From Minisyncoccota bacterium (GTDB taxonomy: Bacteria > Patescibacteriota > Minisyncoccia > Phycocordibacterales > UBA2100), in contig DATMBM010000007.1 of assembly GCA_035559235.1 (NCBI GenBank), forward strand, positions 9,475-73,474: a stretch of 64,000 bases of DNA, read 5' to 3'. A program made the position numbers and the translations under genes. The notes under the pieces were generated by a model. That model did no database searches. It was not told the DNA's origin and saw nothing but the letters and a program-made list of their open reading frames with translations. This document shows, one piece after another, positions 36,533 to 47,122 of the stretch; within the stretch, counting starts at the first letter, position 1; each line of letters starts with the position of its first letter.

Positions 36533-37468
36533 ATGGCGCGATTATTTACCGGTTTTCAGCCTTCCGGAACGCTGCATCTCGGCAACTACTTTGGTGCACT
36601 GAAGCCGACGGTAGCGCTGTGCAAGGAACACGACGGTATCGTCTGTGTCGTGGATTACCATGCGCTGACGACCGTCCGGGACCCGGCAGAACTCCAGAAA
36701 AATATCCTGAACACCACTCGCGACTACCTTGCTGCTGGGCTTAATCCTGCAAGAACGGTGATTTTCCAGCAATCCGCCGTGCAAGAACATACCGAGCTGG
36801 CATGGATCCTGGAATGCCTCGTCACAGTTTCGTTCTTGGAACTCGGGCACGCGTACAAGGACAAGGTCGCAAAGGGTCTTGAAGCGACCGCTGGCCTTTT
36901 TAACTACCCGATGCTTATGGCGGCCGACATCTTGCTCTATGACACTGATGTCGTGCCGGTGGGTGAGGATCAACGCCAACATCTTGAATACGCGCGTGAG
37001 GTGGCAGCAAAATTCAATACTGCCTACGGCGCGACCTTCAAAGAGCCCAAGGAATTGATAAACAAGGACATCGCCGTAATTCCGGGCACCGACGGCAAGA
37101 AAATGTCGAAAAGCTACGGCAATACAATCCCTCTTTTCGGCACAAGAGATGAGATTGCGAAGGCGGTGATGTCGATCGTGACGGATTCGAGTGGAGAGTT
37201 GCCCGAGAACGTCTATGCCATTCACCAACATCTGCGCGATCGGGAATCCCTTGGGGAGCTCTACAAAGCTAACAAGGGGAAGTACAAGATATTGAAAGAA
37301 GCCCTCATAGAGGATATTGAGGCGATCATCAGTCCGATGCGGGAGAGACGCAATTCAATCACCGATGATGAAGTGCGGCGCGTCCTACGGGAAGGAAGCG
37401 ATAAGGCGCGCGAATACGCGGCTCAAAAGATGCGCGACGTGCGCGCAAAGATCGGTGTCACCATATGA
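36533..37468 (+). CDS. trpS: Tryptophan--tRNA ligase
   Basis: HIGH-like TLHLGN and the KMSKS motif are present. TAATAT lies 6 nt upstream of the ATG. Confidence 0.95.
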   Translation: MARLFTGFQPSGTLHLGNYFGALKPTVALCKEHDGIVCVVDYHALTTVRDPAELQKNILNTTRDYLAAGLNPARTVIFQQSAVQEHTELAWILECLVTVSFLELGHAYKDKVAKGLEATAGLFNYPMLMAADILLYDTDVVPVGEDQRQHLEYAREVAAKFNTAYGATFKEPKELINKDIAVIPGTDGKKMSKSYGNTIPLFGTRDEIAKAVMSIVTDSSGELPENVYAIHQHLRDRESLGELYKANKGKYKILKEALIEDIEAIISPMRERRNSITDDEVRRVLREGSDKAREYAAQKMRDVRAKIGVTI

Positions 37469-38790
37469 GAACGCTCATACAAGACCTTAAGGAACAGACG
37501 GGGAAGGAAGTGACCGTCAAGGGGTGGATTTCCGTACGCCGCGATCAAGGAAAAATGGTGTTTTTTGATATACGGGACCGATCGGGCACCGTGCAGGCGG
37601 TCGTCTTGCCAAAAAGCGAGGCGATTGAGACGGCCAAGGAGACGGGTCTTGAGTATGTCGTCGCTGTTGAGGGTCGCGTCAATGAACGCCCGGAAAAAAA
37701 CAAGAACCCGAAAGTTCACAACGGCGACATCGAGTTGGAGGTTTTGAAACTCACCATTCTCGCCAAAGCCGAATCGCTCCCGTTCGATATGTCGATGGAG
37801 GGATTTAACCTCGATTTGACGACGGAGCTCGACCACCGCGCGCTTACGCTCCGCCATCCGCGGCTGCAAGCCATCTTTAAAGTGCAGGCCGTTATTATCG
37901 ATTCGTTTCGCGAGTACATGAAATCTCAGGGCTTTTTCGAATTTCAGGCGCCAGCGATCGTGCCTGCTACGGCCGAAGGCGGTGCCGAAGTCTTTGAAAT
38001 CAAGTACTTCGAGCACAAGGCGTACCTGACGCAATCGCCGCAGCTTTACAAGCAGATCGTCATGACCGCATTTGAGCGGGTGTTTTCGGTTAACAAAATT
38101 TTTCGCGCGGAGCCAAGCGCGACGACGCGCCACCTCACCGAAGTTGTTTCTCTGGACGCGGAAATGGCGTTCATCGATTCTTGGACTGACGTGCGTGACA
38201 TGTCCGAAGCGACGGTGCGCTACATCCTCGAGCAAGTCGCTAAGCGATGCGCGGACGAGCTTACTCTTCTTGGTGCAACGCTCCCCGTCATGCTCGACAA
38301 AACGCCGACGCATTCACTGACCGAGGCGTTTGAAAAACTCGGAGTCCCTGCGGATAAGGATCTCAACCCTGAACAGGAGCGGCGGCTTTGCGAAATCGTG
38401 AAAGAAGAGACGGGTTCAGACTTCGTTTATGTGTACGGCTATCCGACGCGTCAGCGTCCGTTTTATGTATACCCGAACCCCGAAAACCCTGAATTCAACG
38501 AAGGGATGGATCTTTTGTGTCGCGGCGTCGAATGGCTTTCCGGCGGGCGCCGTATCAACGACTACGCACAGCTCATGAAGCACGTCGACAAATGGGGAAT
38601 GGACCCGAAAAAAATTGAGATGTTCCTTGAGGCGTTTCGTTATGGAGTGCCGCCAGAAGGGGGCTTTGCGTTTGGCGCCGAGCGAATGACGATGCAAATA
38701 CTCGGCCTCAAAAACATCCGTGAGGCATCAATGTTTCCGCGCGACATGAACCGCATCGACGTGAGGCTCTCGGAGAATCCTGAGGCGTAG
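37465..38790 (+). CDS. aspS: Aspartate--tRNA ligase, archaeal/eukaryotic type (possibly non-discriminating; AsnRS not excluded)
   Basis: About 440 aa with an N-terminal OB fold (VRRDQGKMVFFDIRDRSG) and class II motifs 1-3. The ATGA overlaps trpS. Confidence 0.75.
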   Translation: MRTLIQDLKEQTGKEVTVKGWISVRRDQGKMVFFDIRDRSGTVQAVVLPKSEAIETAKETGLEYVVAVEGRVNERPEKNKNPKVHNGDIELEVLKLTILAKAESLPFDMSMEGFNLDLTTELDHRALTLRHPRLQAIFKVQAVIIDSFREYMKSQGFFEFQAPAIVPATAEGGAEVFEIKYFEHKAYLTQSPQLYKQIVMTAFERVFSVNKIFRAEPSATTRHLTEVVSLDAEMAFIDSWTDVRDMSEATVRYILEQVAKRCADELTLLGATLPVMLDKTPTHSLTEAFEKLGVPADKDLNPEQERRLCEIVKEETGSDFVYVYGYPTRQRPFYVYPNPENPEFNEGMDLLCRGVEWLSGGRRINDYAQLMKHVDKWGMDPKKIEMFLEAFRYGVPPEGGFAFGAERMTMQILGLKNIREASMFPRDMNRIDVRLSENPEA

Positions 38791-38802
38791 TACAATGTTC
38801 CC

Positions 38803-39543
38803 GTGGAACCGTTTACGATAGAAAGCGAGCACTACCAGGGCCCGCTGGAGACGCTGCTGGACCTCATTGAATCGCGAAAACTCTCCGTCTCGATGGTGTC
38901 ACTTTCCGAGGTATGCGATGCATACCTCGCCTACGTCGAAAAGCTGCCGGAGTTACCGGTTTCCGAAACATCGCAGTTCGTTTTGGTCGCTTCGACCTTG
39001 CTCCTCATCAAATCGCGTTCGCTCTTGCCGGTGCCGCTTACCGACGAAGAAGAGCAATCGATCGAGGAGTTGGAGCGGCGTCTGAAGCGCCTCGCAAAGA
39101 TACGCGAAGCGTCGAAAACACTCAAAAAGCACTGGGGTACGACGCCGCTTGTGTTTGCGCGTCGTACGCCGAATGCGGCAACCATCATCGGAATGGAGAA
39201 GCCGGCATTTGCGCCGGCCGAGACGACTATGCAGACGCTTCGCGCTGCCGCGCAAAAGCTCATTCAGACGCTCCCGAAGCCGGAGCGACTGGCAGAGGCG
39301 ACGGTCGCGCCGATCCTCAAGTTGGAAGATGTCATCGTCGATCTAAAAAAACGGCTCACCGGAGCCGTAAAGGCGCGGTGGAGCGATTTTACCAAGGGCG
39401 CATCTCGCGGCGACCTTATCGTGCACTTTCTGGCCGTTTTGGAGCTCGCGCGTCACGGCTCGGTTTCGGTCACTCAGGACAGGCTTTTTAGCGATATAAT
39501 CATTGAATCAGAGGTAACTGACGGTGCCCCCCGCTATGGATAA
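38803..39543 (+). CDS. scpA: Segregation and condensation protein A
   Basis: The ScpA signature (FQGPLETLLDLIESRKL) is present. Confidence 0.85.
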   Translation: MEPFTIESEHYQGPLETLLDLIESRKLSVSMVSLSEVCDAYLAYVEKLPELPVSETSQFVLVASTLLLIKSRSLLPVPLTDEEEQSIEELERRLKRLAKIREASKTLKKHWGTTPLVFARRTPNAATIIGMEKPAFAPAETTMQTLRAAAQKLIQTLPKPERLAEATVAPILKLEDVIVDLKKRLTGAVKARWSDFTKGASRGDLIVHFLAVLELARHGSVSVTQDRLFSDIIIESEVTDGAPRYG

Positions 39544-40099
39544 GACGGCAAAACAGATTCAGGCGCTTTTGTTCGCCGAAGGAGGCGCATTGACCTACGC
39601 CTCGATCGCGCGGTCTCTCGGGTGCGGCGAAAAGGATTTACCACCTGCGCTCGATGCGCTCTCGGCAGAGCTCGAGGGGAGCGGGCTCGCGCTTCTGCGT
39701 TCTGATACCGAAGCCGCACTGGTGGTTGCGCCGGATGCCCGCGAGGTCGTGACGAAAAAGCTCACCGAGGAGTATGAACGAGATATCGGTGACGCGGGAC
39801 TTGAAGTCTTGGCCATCCTTTTGTACGAGGGACCGTCGACTCGGGCGACGATAGATTACATCCGTGGAGTCAATTCGAGTTCGACCATCCGTAATCTTCT
39901 CTCGCGCGGTCTTGTCGAGCGAAGCGGGAACCCCGAAGACGGGCGTGAGTTTATCTATCGGGCGACAGTCGAGCTCTTGGCGCATGTGGGGGTAACGCAA
40001 CGAGAGAAGCTTCCCGAATATGATATGATTTCTCGCGAATTAGCCGCGTTTAAAGCCACTGAAAACCATGGGGGAGGGACCGGAACAGAATCAGCCTGA
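39524..40099 (+). CDS. scpB: Segregation and condensation protein B
   Basis: Tandem winged-helix ScpB domains. The start may be 39536 (MDKTAKQ). Confidence 0.85.
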   Translation: MPPAMDKTAKQIQALLFAEGGALTYASIARSLGCGEKDLPPALDALSAELEGSGLALLRSDTEAALVVAPDAREVVTKKLTEEYERDIGDAGLEVLAILLYEGPSTRATIDYIRGVNSSSTIRNLLSRGLVERSGNPEDGREFIYRATVELLAHVGVTQREKLPEYDMISRELAAFKATENHGGGTGTESA

Positions 40100-41111
40100 A
40101 GACCGGCACGAGCCAGAGCCTGCTGCGCTGTCTGATGGCGGTGCGGGGCTTGCGGCACAGCTGGCGGAACAATCGTGGCAGACGCCGCTTCGCAAAGTGT
40201 ACGGCGGCCTCCTCCTGTGTGCCGCGATCGGCTCATGCGCGCTGCTCTTCCTCGCCTACGCGCCGCAGGAGGCGCTTGAGCCGAGTTCACAGGTTGCCGC
40301 TGCGGAAGCAGTTGACGCGAGCCCTTTTGACGACATCGAAATCGCGGCGCGAGCCGCCTATGTATACGACGCGGCGGACGGCAAAGAGTTATACGCGAAA
40401 AACGCGTCGCAGCAGCTGCCGCTCGCATCCATTACGAAAGTCATGCTGGTACTTGCCGTCTCAGAGGTTTTGCCGCTCGACGGTACCGTTTCAATTTCGC
40501 AGGCAGCAACGATCAAGGGCGGAGGCGGGCTTACCTGGGGGGAAGTGTGGCGCGTAAGGGATTTGATAGACTACACGCTTATCACGTCATCGAACACGGG
40601 CGCCGAAGCGCTCGCGGAAGCGGCTGATGCGCCGTTGCGTGCAAAGTATGCCGCTGCGCCAAGTGGGGGCGCGGCCGTGTGGCGTATGAATGCGCTTGCC
40701 CAGGAGTTCGAACTCGAATCAACCTACTTTATCAATGTAAGCGGCCTCGATGAGAGCGCGACGCAGGCTGGGGCACTTGGTTCGGCGCGTGACACGGCGC
40801 TCCTTTTCGCGCGCGCGGTCGAGCGGCCGGAGCTGTTTGCCGGCACAACCCGCACGAACGCCGCGTTGATGCCGCTTAATTTTCCCGGACGCATCGCGGA
40901 GAACACCAACAACGCGCTTTCCGACATCCCGGGACTTCTCATGGGGAAGACGGGCACCACAGACTTGGCCGGAGAAAACCTGGCGGTGGTTTTCGAGGCG
41001 GAAAATGGCCATCCGATAGTGGTTGTGGTCCTCGGATCGCCCGCTCCCAACGGTCGGTATGACGACATGAAAAAATTGGTCGAGGCCGCAAAAGGCGCCG
41101 TGCGTCACTAG
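40068..41111 (+). CDS. dacA: D-alanyl-D-alanine carboxypeptidase (peptidase S11, PBP5-like)
   Basis: SITKVM (SxxK), SSN (SxN) and KTGTT (KTG) are present, with an N-terminal signal/TM. The start overlaps the scpB end. Confidence 0.85.
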   Translation: MGEGPEQNQPEDRHEPEPAALSDGGAGLAAQLAEQSWQTPLRKVYGGLLLCAAIGSCALLFLAYAPQEALEPSSQVAAAEAVDASPFDDIEIAARAAYVYDAADGKELYAKNASQQLPLASITKVMLVLAVSEVLPLDGTVSISQAATIKGGGGLTWGEVWRVRDLIDYTLITSSNTGAEALAEAADAPLRAKYAAAPSGGAAVWRMNALAQEFELESTYFINVSGLDESATQAGALGSARDTALLFARAVERPELFAGTTRTNAALMPLNFPGRIAENTNNALSDIPGLLMGKTGTTDLAGENLAVVFEAENGHPIVVVVLGSPAPNGRYDDMKKLVEAAKGAVRH

Positions 41112-41167
41112 AAAAGGGCGGCGTTCACGCCTAGTTTCCGCCGCGTACTCGAGATATACTGTTCGCC

Positions 41168-42229
41168 ATGCTTTCCGATGTCGTCCGGGTTCTCGTGCCT
41201 GCCGCCATGAGCTTTGCCGTCGGCATCGCGTCAACGCCGCTACTGACGTACTACCTGTACAAGTACAAGGCGTGGAAGAAAAACGCCGGGAAAATCGCGT
41301 ACGACGGCTCCACTGCGGAGGTTTTCAACGGCCTGCACATGCAACATGAGGTACGGGCTCCGCGTTTCGGCGGGGTTGTCGTATGGGGAAGTACGCTTAT
41401 CACGATCATGCTCGTATCGCTCACGGCGCATATTATTCCTTCGCCGCTGACCGAGCAGCTCGATTTCCTGAGCCGCTCGCAGACCTGGGTTCCGCTTGCG
41501 GCGCTCCTTGTCGGTGCCATCGTCGGGTTTGCAGACGATCTTTTGATCGTACGGCCCCAAGGCGAGGGTTTGCGGCTTCGATGGCGACTCATTGCTGTCG
41601 TCATCCTCTCGCTCGCTATCGGATGGTGGTTCTACGACAAACTCGACGTGACCGCCATTCGATTGCCGTTTGACGGGCCACTCGAGATTGGCTGGCTCGT
41701 CGTGCCGTTCTTTGTCGTCGTCTCACTTGCGCTCTATGCAAGCGGCGTTATCGACGGTATCGATGGGCTCTCCGGTGGCGTCTTTGCGTCTGTCTTTGCG
41801 TCATACACAATCATCGCCTTTACACAACAGCAGATCGACCTTGCGGCCTTTTGCGCGACGATCTTGGGCGGCCTCCTCGCGTTTGTGTGGTTTAACATCC
41901 CGCCGGCTCGCTTTTACATGAGCGACACCGGCACTATGGCACTCACGCTTGCAATACCGGTGATTGCCTTTATGACGGATGATCTGGGTGGGGGGATCGG
42001 CGTGGCGGTCTTGCCGGTCATCGGCGCGCTCCTCGCGGCGACCGTCGCCTCGGATATTCTGCAGCTCGTGTGGAAAAAAGCATTTGGCAGGAAATTATTT
42101 TTGATTGCGCCGCTGCACCATCATTTCGAGGCGATGGGCTGGCCGGGAGAAAAAGTGGTCATGCGCTACTGGGTACTGTCAGTCGTTTTTGCGTTTCTTG
42201 GCGTGATCCTTGCGATCGTCGGACGATAA
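41168..42229 (+). CDS. mraY: Phospho-N-acetylmuramoyl-pentapeptide transferase MraY
   Basis: DD..DGLDGL-like motifs across 10 TM helices. TATACT lies 7 nt upstream of the ATG. Confidence 0.95.
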   Translation: MLSDVVRVLVPAAMSFAVGIASTPLLTYYLYKYKAWKKNAGKIAYDGSTAEVFNGLHMQHEVRAPRFGGVVVWGSTLITIMLVSLTAHIIPSPLTEQLDFLSRSQTWVPLAALLVGAIVGFADDLLIVRPQGEGLRLRWRLIAVVILSLAIGWWFYDKLDVTAIRLPFDGPLEIGWLVVPFFVVVSLALYASGVIDGIDGLSGGVFASVFASYTIIAFTQQQIDLAAFCATILGGLLAFVWFNIPPARFYMSDTGTMALTLAIPVIAFMTDDLGGGIGVAVLPVIGALLAATVASDILQLVWKKAFGRKLFLIAPLHHHFEAMGWPGEKVVMRYWVLSVVFAFLGVILAIVGR

Positions 42230-42231
42230 CT

Positions 42232-43347
42232 ATGTTGAAGTCGAGGGCGGACACCATGCTCATCGCGATCGTCGGAGCGCTATTGTTGGGAGGCGCGCTC
42301 ATTTTTACTTCGGCGGCGCTCGGACTCCTCGCCCGCGGCGCAACGCACATTTCGAGCGTCGCATTCAACCACTTTGCGCTCGGCATCGGCGGCGGTCTTG
42401 CGCTCTTCATTGCGGCATATGCGGTCGAGTACCGTCGCTGGCGCAGTCTTGCGCCGTATCTTTTCGGAGCAGCGCTCGTTGCGACAGCGCTTGTGTTTAT
42501 CCCGGGGATTGGATTCGAACACGGCGGAGGAAGGCGGTGGATAGACCTTGGTTTCGCGACCATACAACCTTCTGAATTTCTTAAAATCGGCGCCATCCTT
42601 TTCGCGGCGTTCGTGTTCTCTCAGCTTCGTGAACAAACTGCGTCCTGGCGCGGACTTGCCGCGTTTGCGGCAATCATGGCGCTGCCGGGAGTGTTGCTGC
42701 TTTTGCAACCGGATTTGGGCACGCTGGGCATTATTACGATGTCTGTTTTTGCGATCCTGATCGCGGCAGGCGCTCGTGCGCGCGATATTGCGATCCTCAT
42801 GGTGGCCGCGCTGTGCGTGCTTGCGCTTCTCTCGCTCATACCTCGATATAACTACGTGTACGAGCGTATCGACACGTTCTTCAATCCTGCCGCGCAAAAT
42901 GCGTTGAGCGAAGGCTTCCAGATTCGACAGTCGTTGATCGCGATCGGGTCTGGCGGATGGAGTGGCCGTGGATTCGGTCAAGGGGTGCAGAAGTTCACGT
43001 ACCTGCCGGAACCGATGGGCGACTCGATTTACGCTGTTTTGGGCGAGGAATTCGGTTTTTTGGGGGCGGCCGGGCTCATCATTCTGTTCCTGATGCTTGC
43101 ACTCAGAGGGTTCGGCGTTGCGGCCCGAGCGCCGGACTTGTTTGGCGGGCTACTGGCTGTTGGCATCGCCACATACCTCGCCGGCGAGGCATTTATCAAT
43201 ATCGCCGCCATGCTCGGCCTCGCGCCGCTCACCGGTATTCCCTTGACCTTCATCAGCCAGGGGGGTTCGGCAATGCTGGTTTCCCTTGCAAGCGCGGGCA
43301 TCCTCCTCAATATTTCGCGGCGACAGGCGAAAAAGGTCTCGGCGTAA
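42232..43347 (+). CDS. ftsW: SEDS-family peptidoglycan glycosyltransferase FtsW/RodA
   Basis: SEDS core motifs (DLGT, GGSAMLVS). The ATG is 2 nt after the mraY stop. Confidence 0.9.
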   Translation: MLKSRADTMLIAIVGALLLGGALIFTSAALGLLARGATHISSVAFNHFALGIGGGLALFIAAYAVEYRRWRSLAPYLFGAALVATALVFIPGIGFEHGGGRRWIDLGFATIQPSEFLKIGAILFAAFVFSQLREQTASWRGLAAFAAIMALPGVLLLLQPDLGTLGIITMSVFAILIAAGARARDIAILMVAALCVLALLSLIPRYNYVYERIDTFFNPAAQNALSEGFQIRQSLIAIGSGGWSGRGFGQGVQKFTYLPEPMGDSIYAVLGEEFGFLGAAGLIILFLMLALRGFGVAARAPDLFGGLLAVGIATYLAGEAFINIAAMLGLAPLTGIPLTFISQGGSAMLVSLASAGILLNISRRQAKKVSA

Positions 43348-43395
43348 GAGGGAAATGTGCATTTTAGCGCACGGATAATGGTGTAAAATAGCCGC

Positions 43396-44535
43396 ATGAA
43401 GATCGTACTTACGGGCGGCGGTACAGGCGGGCATTTCTACCCATTAATTGCCGTCGCCGAAGGCATCGAGGAGCTGTGCAACGAACGACGGCTCGTCGAG
43501 CCCCGGCTGTTTTATTTTGGACCCGCGCCGTTTGACCCAACAGCACTCGCGGAACACGATATCGAACATGTGGCTGTCGGCGCTGCGTCCGTCCGGAAAG
43601 ACGCAAGGTCGAGCGCGTTCGGCTACATCGGATCACTTTTTTCAGCAGCTGCGGCGTTTCCAAAAGTTTTTTCTATTTATCCCGACGTGATTTTTTCGAC
43701 CGGAGGCTATGCGGCCTTTCCGACTCTTTTGTGCGCCAAAATTCTCCGGATACCGGTTGTCATCTATGACGCCGATGCGAAGCCGGGCCGTGTGTCGCTC
43801 TGGAGCGCGAAATTTGCCCGCTGGATTGCGGTTGCGCACCCCGATGCGGCTGCCTCCTTCCCGGAGAAGCTGAAGCCGCGCATGGCACGCACCGGACACC
43901 CAATTAGGCGCGAGATCGAGAATCCTGCGCACGAGGGTGGACACGAATTCCTGAAGCTTGATCCGTCGCTGCCGACCATTTTTATCGTTGGTGGATCGCA
44001 AGGCGCGCGCGCAATCAACGAGACGGTGCTTGACGCGCTTCCCATGCTCTTAGAGAAATACAACGTCGTCCATCAAGTCGGAACGAACAATCTCACCGAA
44101 GTGCAGGGTATCGCGAGTGTCTCGCTGCGTGATTCGCCGTACCGAGAACGGTATCGGATCTTTGGCCTCCTCAATGCGCTTGCTTTGAAAATGACGGCGG
44201 GCATTGCGTCCTTGGTGCTGTCGCGCGCGGGCTCGGGAAGCATTTTTGAAATCGCCAGCTGGGGAATTCCGGCGATCTTGGTGCCAATTTCGCTTGACGT
44301 GTCGCACGATCAGACGGAAAACGCTTTTTCGTATGCGCGCGCCGGCGGCTGTATCGTTATAGAGCAGCGCAATCTGACGCCGCACGTGCTCGTTGCTGAG
44401 ATTGATCGCTTGATGGGAGATACGACCGTCCGCGAAAAAATGAAGAAGGCCGCCAAATCGTTTTCGCGCCCACAGGCGGGAAAAAAGATTGCCCAGATAC
44501 TCCTCGAGACCGCGCTCGAGCACGAACCGAAGTAA
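43396..44535 (+). CDS. murG: Undecaprenyldiphospho-muramoylpentapeptide beta-N-acetylglucosaminyltransferase MurG
   Basis: GGTGGH motif and a GT-B fold. TAAAAT lies 6 nt upstream of the ATG. Confidence 0.9.
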   Translation: MKIVLTGGGTGGHFYPLIAVAEGIEELCNERRLVEPRLFYFGPAPFDPTALAEHDIEHVAVGAASVRKDARSSAFGYIGSLFSAAAAFPKVFSIYPDVIFSTGGYAAFPTLLCAKILRIPVVIYDADAKPGRVSLWSAKFARWIAVAHPDAAASFPEKLKPRMARTGHPIRREIENPAHEGGHEFLKLDPSLPTIFIVGGSQGARAINETVLDALPMLLEKYNVVHQVGTNNLTEVQGIASVSLRDSPYRERYRIFGLLNALALKMTAGIASLVLSRAGSGSIFEIASWGIPAILVPISLDVSHDQTENAFSYARAGGCIVIEQRNLTPHVLVAEIDRLMGDTTVREKMKKAAKSFSRPQAGKKIAQILLETALEHEPK

Positions 44536-44537
44536 GT

Positions 44538-45872
44538 ATGAGTGTGAGAGTACGCATTGCGCCGAGCCCGACCGGTTTTTTGCATTTTGGAACCGCCCGG
44601 ACGGCGCTCTTCAATTGGCTATTTGCGCGAAAGAACGGCGGCACATTCATCGTGCGCATCGAAGACACCGATATGGCGCGCAACAAGCAAGAATACGACG
44701 AAGACATTTTTGAGCAGTTGCGTTGGCTCAAACTTGAGCCGGATGAGACGTATCGCCAGTCGGAACACCGTCAGGCGCATGCCGATGCGCTTCGTGCGCT
44801 TATCGATACAGGTCGGGCGTATGAATCGGAAGAACCGGCAAAGGACGATCCGTCAAAGACAGTTCGAGTCGTCCGCCTCAGGAATCCCGGAAAGACGATC
44901 ACCTTTACCGATACCGTGCATGGTGACATTACGTTTGACACCTCTGAGCTGAAAGATTTTGTCGTTGCGCGCTCGGTGACGGAACCGCTGTATCACTTTG
45001 CGGTCGTCGTGGATGATCACGACGCCGGCATCACCCATGTGATCCGCGGCGAGGACCATATCTCCAACACACCGCGGCAAATCCTCATACAGGAAGCACT
45101 TGGTTATGATCGGCCCGTATATGCCCATATTCCGCTCATTTTGGCGCCAGATCGCTCGAAAATGAGCAAGCGCAAGCATGATACGTCGGTGCGTACGTAT
45201 CGCGAAAAAGGGTACCTCCCGGAGGCGCTCATCAATTACCTGGCGCTTCTTGGCTGGAATCCGGGGACCGAGCAAGAGCTATTTTCGCGCGATGAACTTG
45301 TCCGGGCGTTTAGCCTTGAGGGCATCCAAAAGAGCGGGGCCGTTTTTGATGATGAAAAGTTACGCTGGTTCAACCGTCAGTATCTTGTGACTGAGGATGA
45401 AGAAACGTTCGCAGCAACCGTCACACACATCATGAAGATTGGACTTGAAAAAAGAGGTGTTGCGTGGGACGAAAAGCGGGCAAAACAACTGATGCCGCTT
45501 GTCCGCGAACGCATCAGCGTTTATGACGACCTGCGTTCGCTCATCGCGGACGGTGAGTTTGATTACTTCTTTTCCCGACCGACATACGATCCGCATCGCA
45601 TACCTGACAAGAAAAGTACGCCTGAAGATGCCGCAGCGTATCTTGCGCATGCGGCGGAAATTCTTTCCTCCAGGAAAAATGTTGCTGATGTGAAAGAAGT
45701 GTTGTGGCAGTACGCAACGGAAAAGGGAAGAGGGGCGGTGCTTTGGCCGCTGCGGTATAGCCTTTCCGGCAAAGACAAGTCGCCGGACCCATTCGTGCTT
45801 ATTGAAATATTGGGTGCGGATGAGTCACTTTCGCGCATTGCCGCAGCACGGGAAGCCCTGAAAGAAGTATGA
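44538..45872 (+). CDS. gltX: Glutamate--tRNA ligase
   Basis: APSPTGFLH (the HIGH region) and the KMSKRK motif are present. Confidence 0.95.
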   Translation: MSVRVRIAPSPTGFLHFGTARTALFNWLFARKNGGTFIVRIEDTDMARNKQEYDEDIFEQLRWLKLEPDETYRQSEHRQAHADALRALIDTGRAYESEEPAKDDPSKTVRVVRLRNPGKTITFTDTVHGDITFDTSELKDFVVARSVTEPLYHFAVVVDDHDAGITHVIRGEDHISNTPRQILIQEALGYDRPVYAHIPLILAPDRSKMSKRKHDTSVRTYREKGYLPEALINYLALLGWNPGTEQELFSRDELVRAFSLEGIQKSGAVFDDEKLRWFNRQYLVTEDEETFAATVTHIMKIGLEKRGVAWDEKRAKQLMPLVRERISVYDDLRSLIADGEFDYFFSRPTYDPHRIPDKKSTPEDAAAYLAHAAEILSSRKNVADVKEVLWQYATEKGRGAVLWPLRYSLSGKDKSPDPFVLIEILGADESLSRIAAAREALKEV

Positions 45873-47122
45873 GTATTCGACATTACATAATACTTGGCGT
45901 CATCGCCCTTGTGCCGCTTGTGGGAAGTGCGCAGTCCGCCGAGCAGTTGCGCCAGCAGATTTCAGCGCAACAGCGGCAGCTTGAACAGATCAATAAGGAG
46001 ATCGAGCTCTACGAAAAGGAATTGGTGCAAGTTGGAGCGCGGAAACAGACCCTCCAGAACGCCGTCAACGAGCTTGACGTGACTTTAAAAAAAACTACAG
46101 CACAGATAAAAGCGACTCAGAATCGGATTGCGACTACCGAGCTTGAAATCAAAGAATTAGACGGCGACATCGTGCAAAAGGAAGAGCTTATTGCGATCGA
46201 TTCGGCGGCGATAGGGGAAATGGTACGCCAGTTGCACTCGATGGACGAGGCGTCGTTTGTCGAACACCTGCTTTCCGAGGACTCTCTTTCTGGCGTCTGG
46301 GACGAAACGGAAACAATTATGACGCTGCAGCAAACGATGCACGATCATATGGTCTCTCTTTTAAACATAAAGGAGGATTTGACGCGGGATTTGAGCGCGG
46401 TGCGAAAAAAACGAGAGGAGTTGGAGCAGCAGCGCCGTACTCTTGCCGCTGAAGAGCGTTCGGTGAGCGTTACTAAACAAGAACAATCAAATTTACTCTC
46501 GCAGACCAGATCGCAGGAATCCAACTACCAAAAATTGCTTGCGGACAAGCGGGCCGCCAAAGAGCAATTTGAAAACGCTCTCGACGATCTCGAATCACGC
46601 CTGCAATACACGTTGGACCCGACGCATATCCCGCCCGCCGGTAAGGGCGTGCTGCGCTGGCCACTAGATCAAATCACGATCACGCAGCAATTCGGAGTTA
46701 CGGCTGATTCCCGACGTCTCTATGCGTCTGGCAGTCACAACGGCGTCGATTTTCGTGCCGCGGTCGGAACACCCGTTAAGGCCGCACTTTCGGGAACGGT
46801 GCAGGCGACGGGGGATTCTGATTCGATACGAGGATGTTATTCCTACGGTAAGTGGGTTCTGATCAGGCACGGCAATGGCCTCTCAACGCTGTATGCGCAC
46901 TTTTCCGACATCGCGGTTTCGCAAGGTCAGAGCGTCTCGACGGGGCAGGTCATTGGATATGCGGGGGCGACCGGCTACGCCACCGGCCCGCACCTGCATT
47001 TCACCGTATATGCCTCTGATGCCGTTCAGGTGCGTCAACTCGGCACCAACACGCCGTGCGGCAAGGCCGTGATTCCGGTATCTCCGCAAAGCGGTTATTT
47101 AAATCCACTTGATTATCTCTAG
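45869..47122 (+). CDS. M23 family metallopeptidase with an N-terminal coiled-coil (EnvC-like)
   Basis: Signal peptide, a long coiled-coil, then HNGVDF...GPHLHF (HxxxD...HxH). Confidence 0.85.
   Translation: MSIRHYIILGVIALVPLVGSAQSAEQLRQQISAQQRQLEQINKEIELYEKELVQVGARKQTLQNAVNELDVTLKKTTAQIKATQNRIATTELEIKELDGDIVQKEELIAIDSAAIGEMVRQLHSMDEASFVEHLLSEDSLSGVWDETETIMTLQQTMHDHMVSLLNIKEDLTRDLSAVRKKREELEQQRRTLAAEERSVSVTKQEQSNLLSQTRSQESNYQKLLADKRAAKEQFENALDDLESRLQYTLDPTHIPPAGKGVLRWPLDQITITQQFGVTADSRRLYASGSHNGVDFRAAVGTPVKAALSGTVQATGDSDSIRGCYSYGKWVLIRHGNGLSTLYAHFSDIAVSQGQSVSTGQVIGYAGATGYATGPHLHFTVYASDAVQVRQLGTNTPCGKAVIPVSPQSGYLNPLDYL

Noticed and set aside
36542-37231. 229-aa minus ORF
   Set aside because: It is antisense to trpS, and the adjacent 37423-38313 ORF is antisense to aspS.
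40135-40557. 140-aa plus ORF in an alternate frame
   Set aside because: It overlaps the well-supported S11 peptidase gene in another frame. The translation is Arg-rich.
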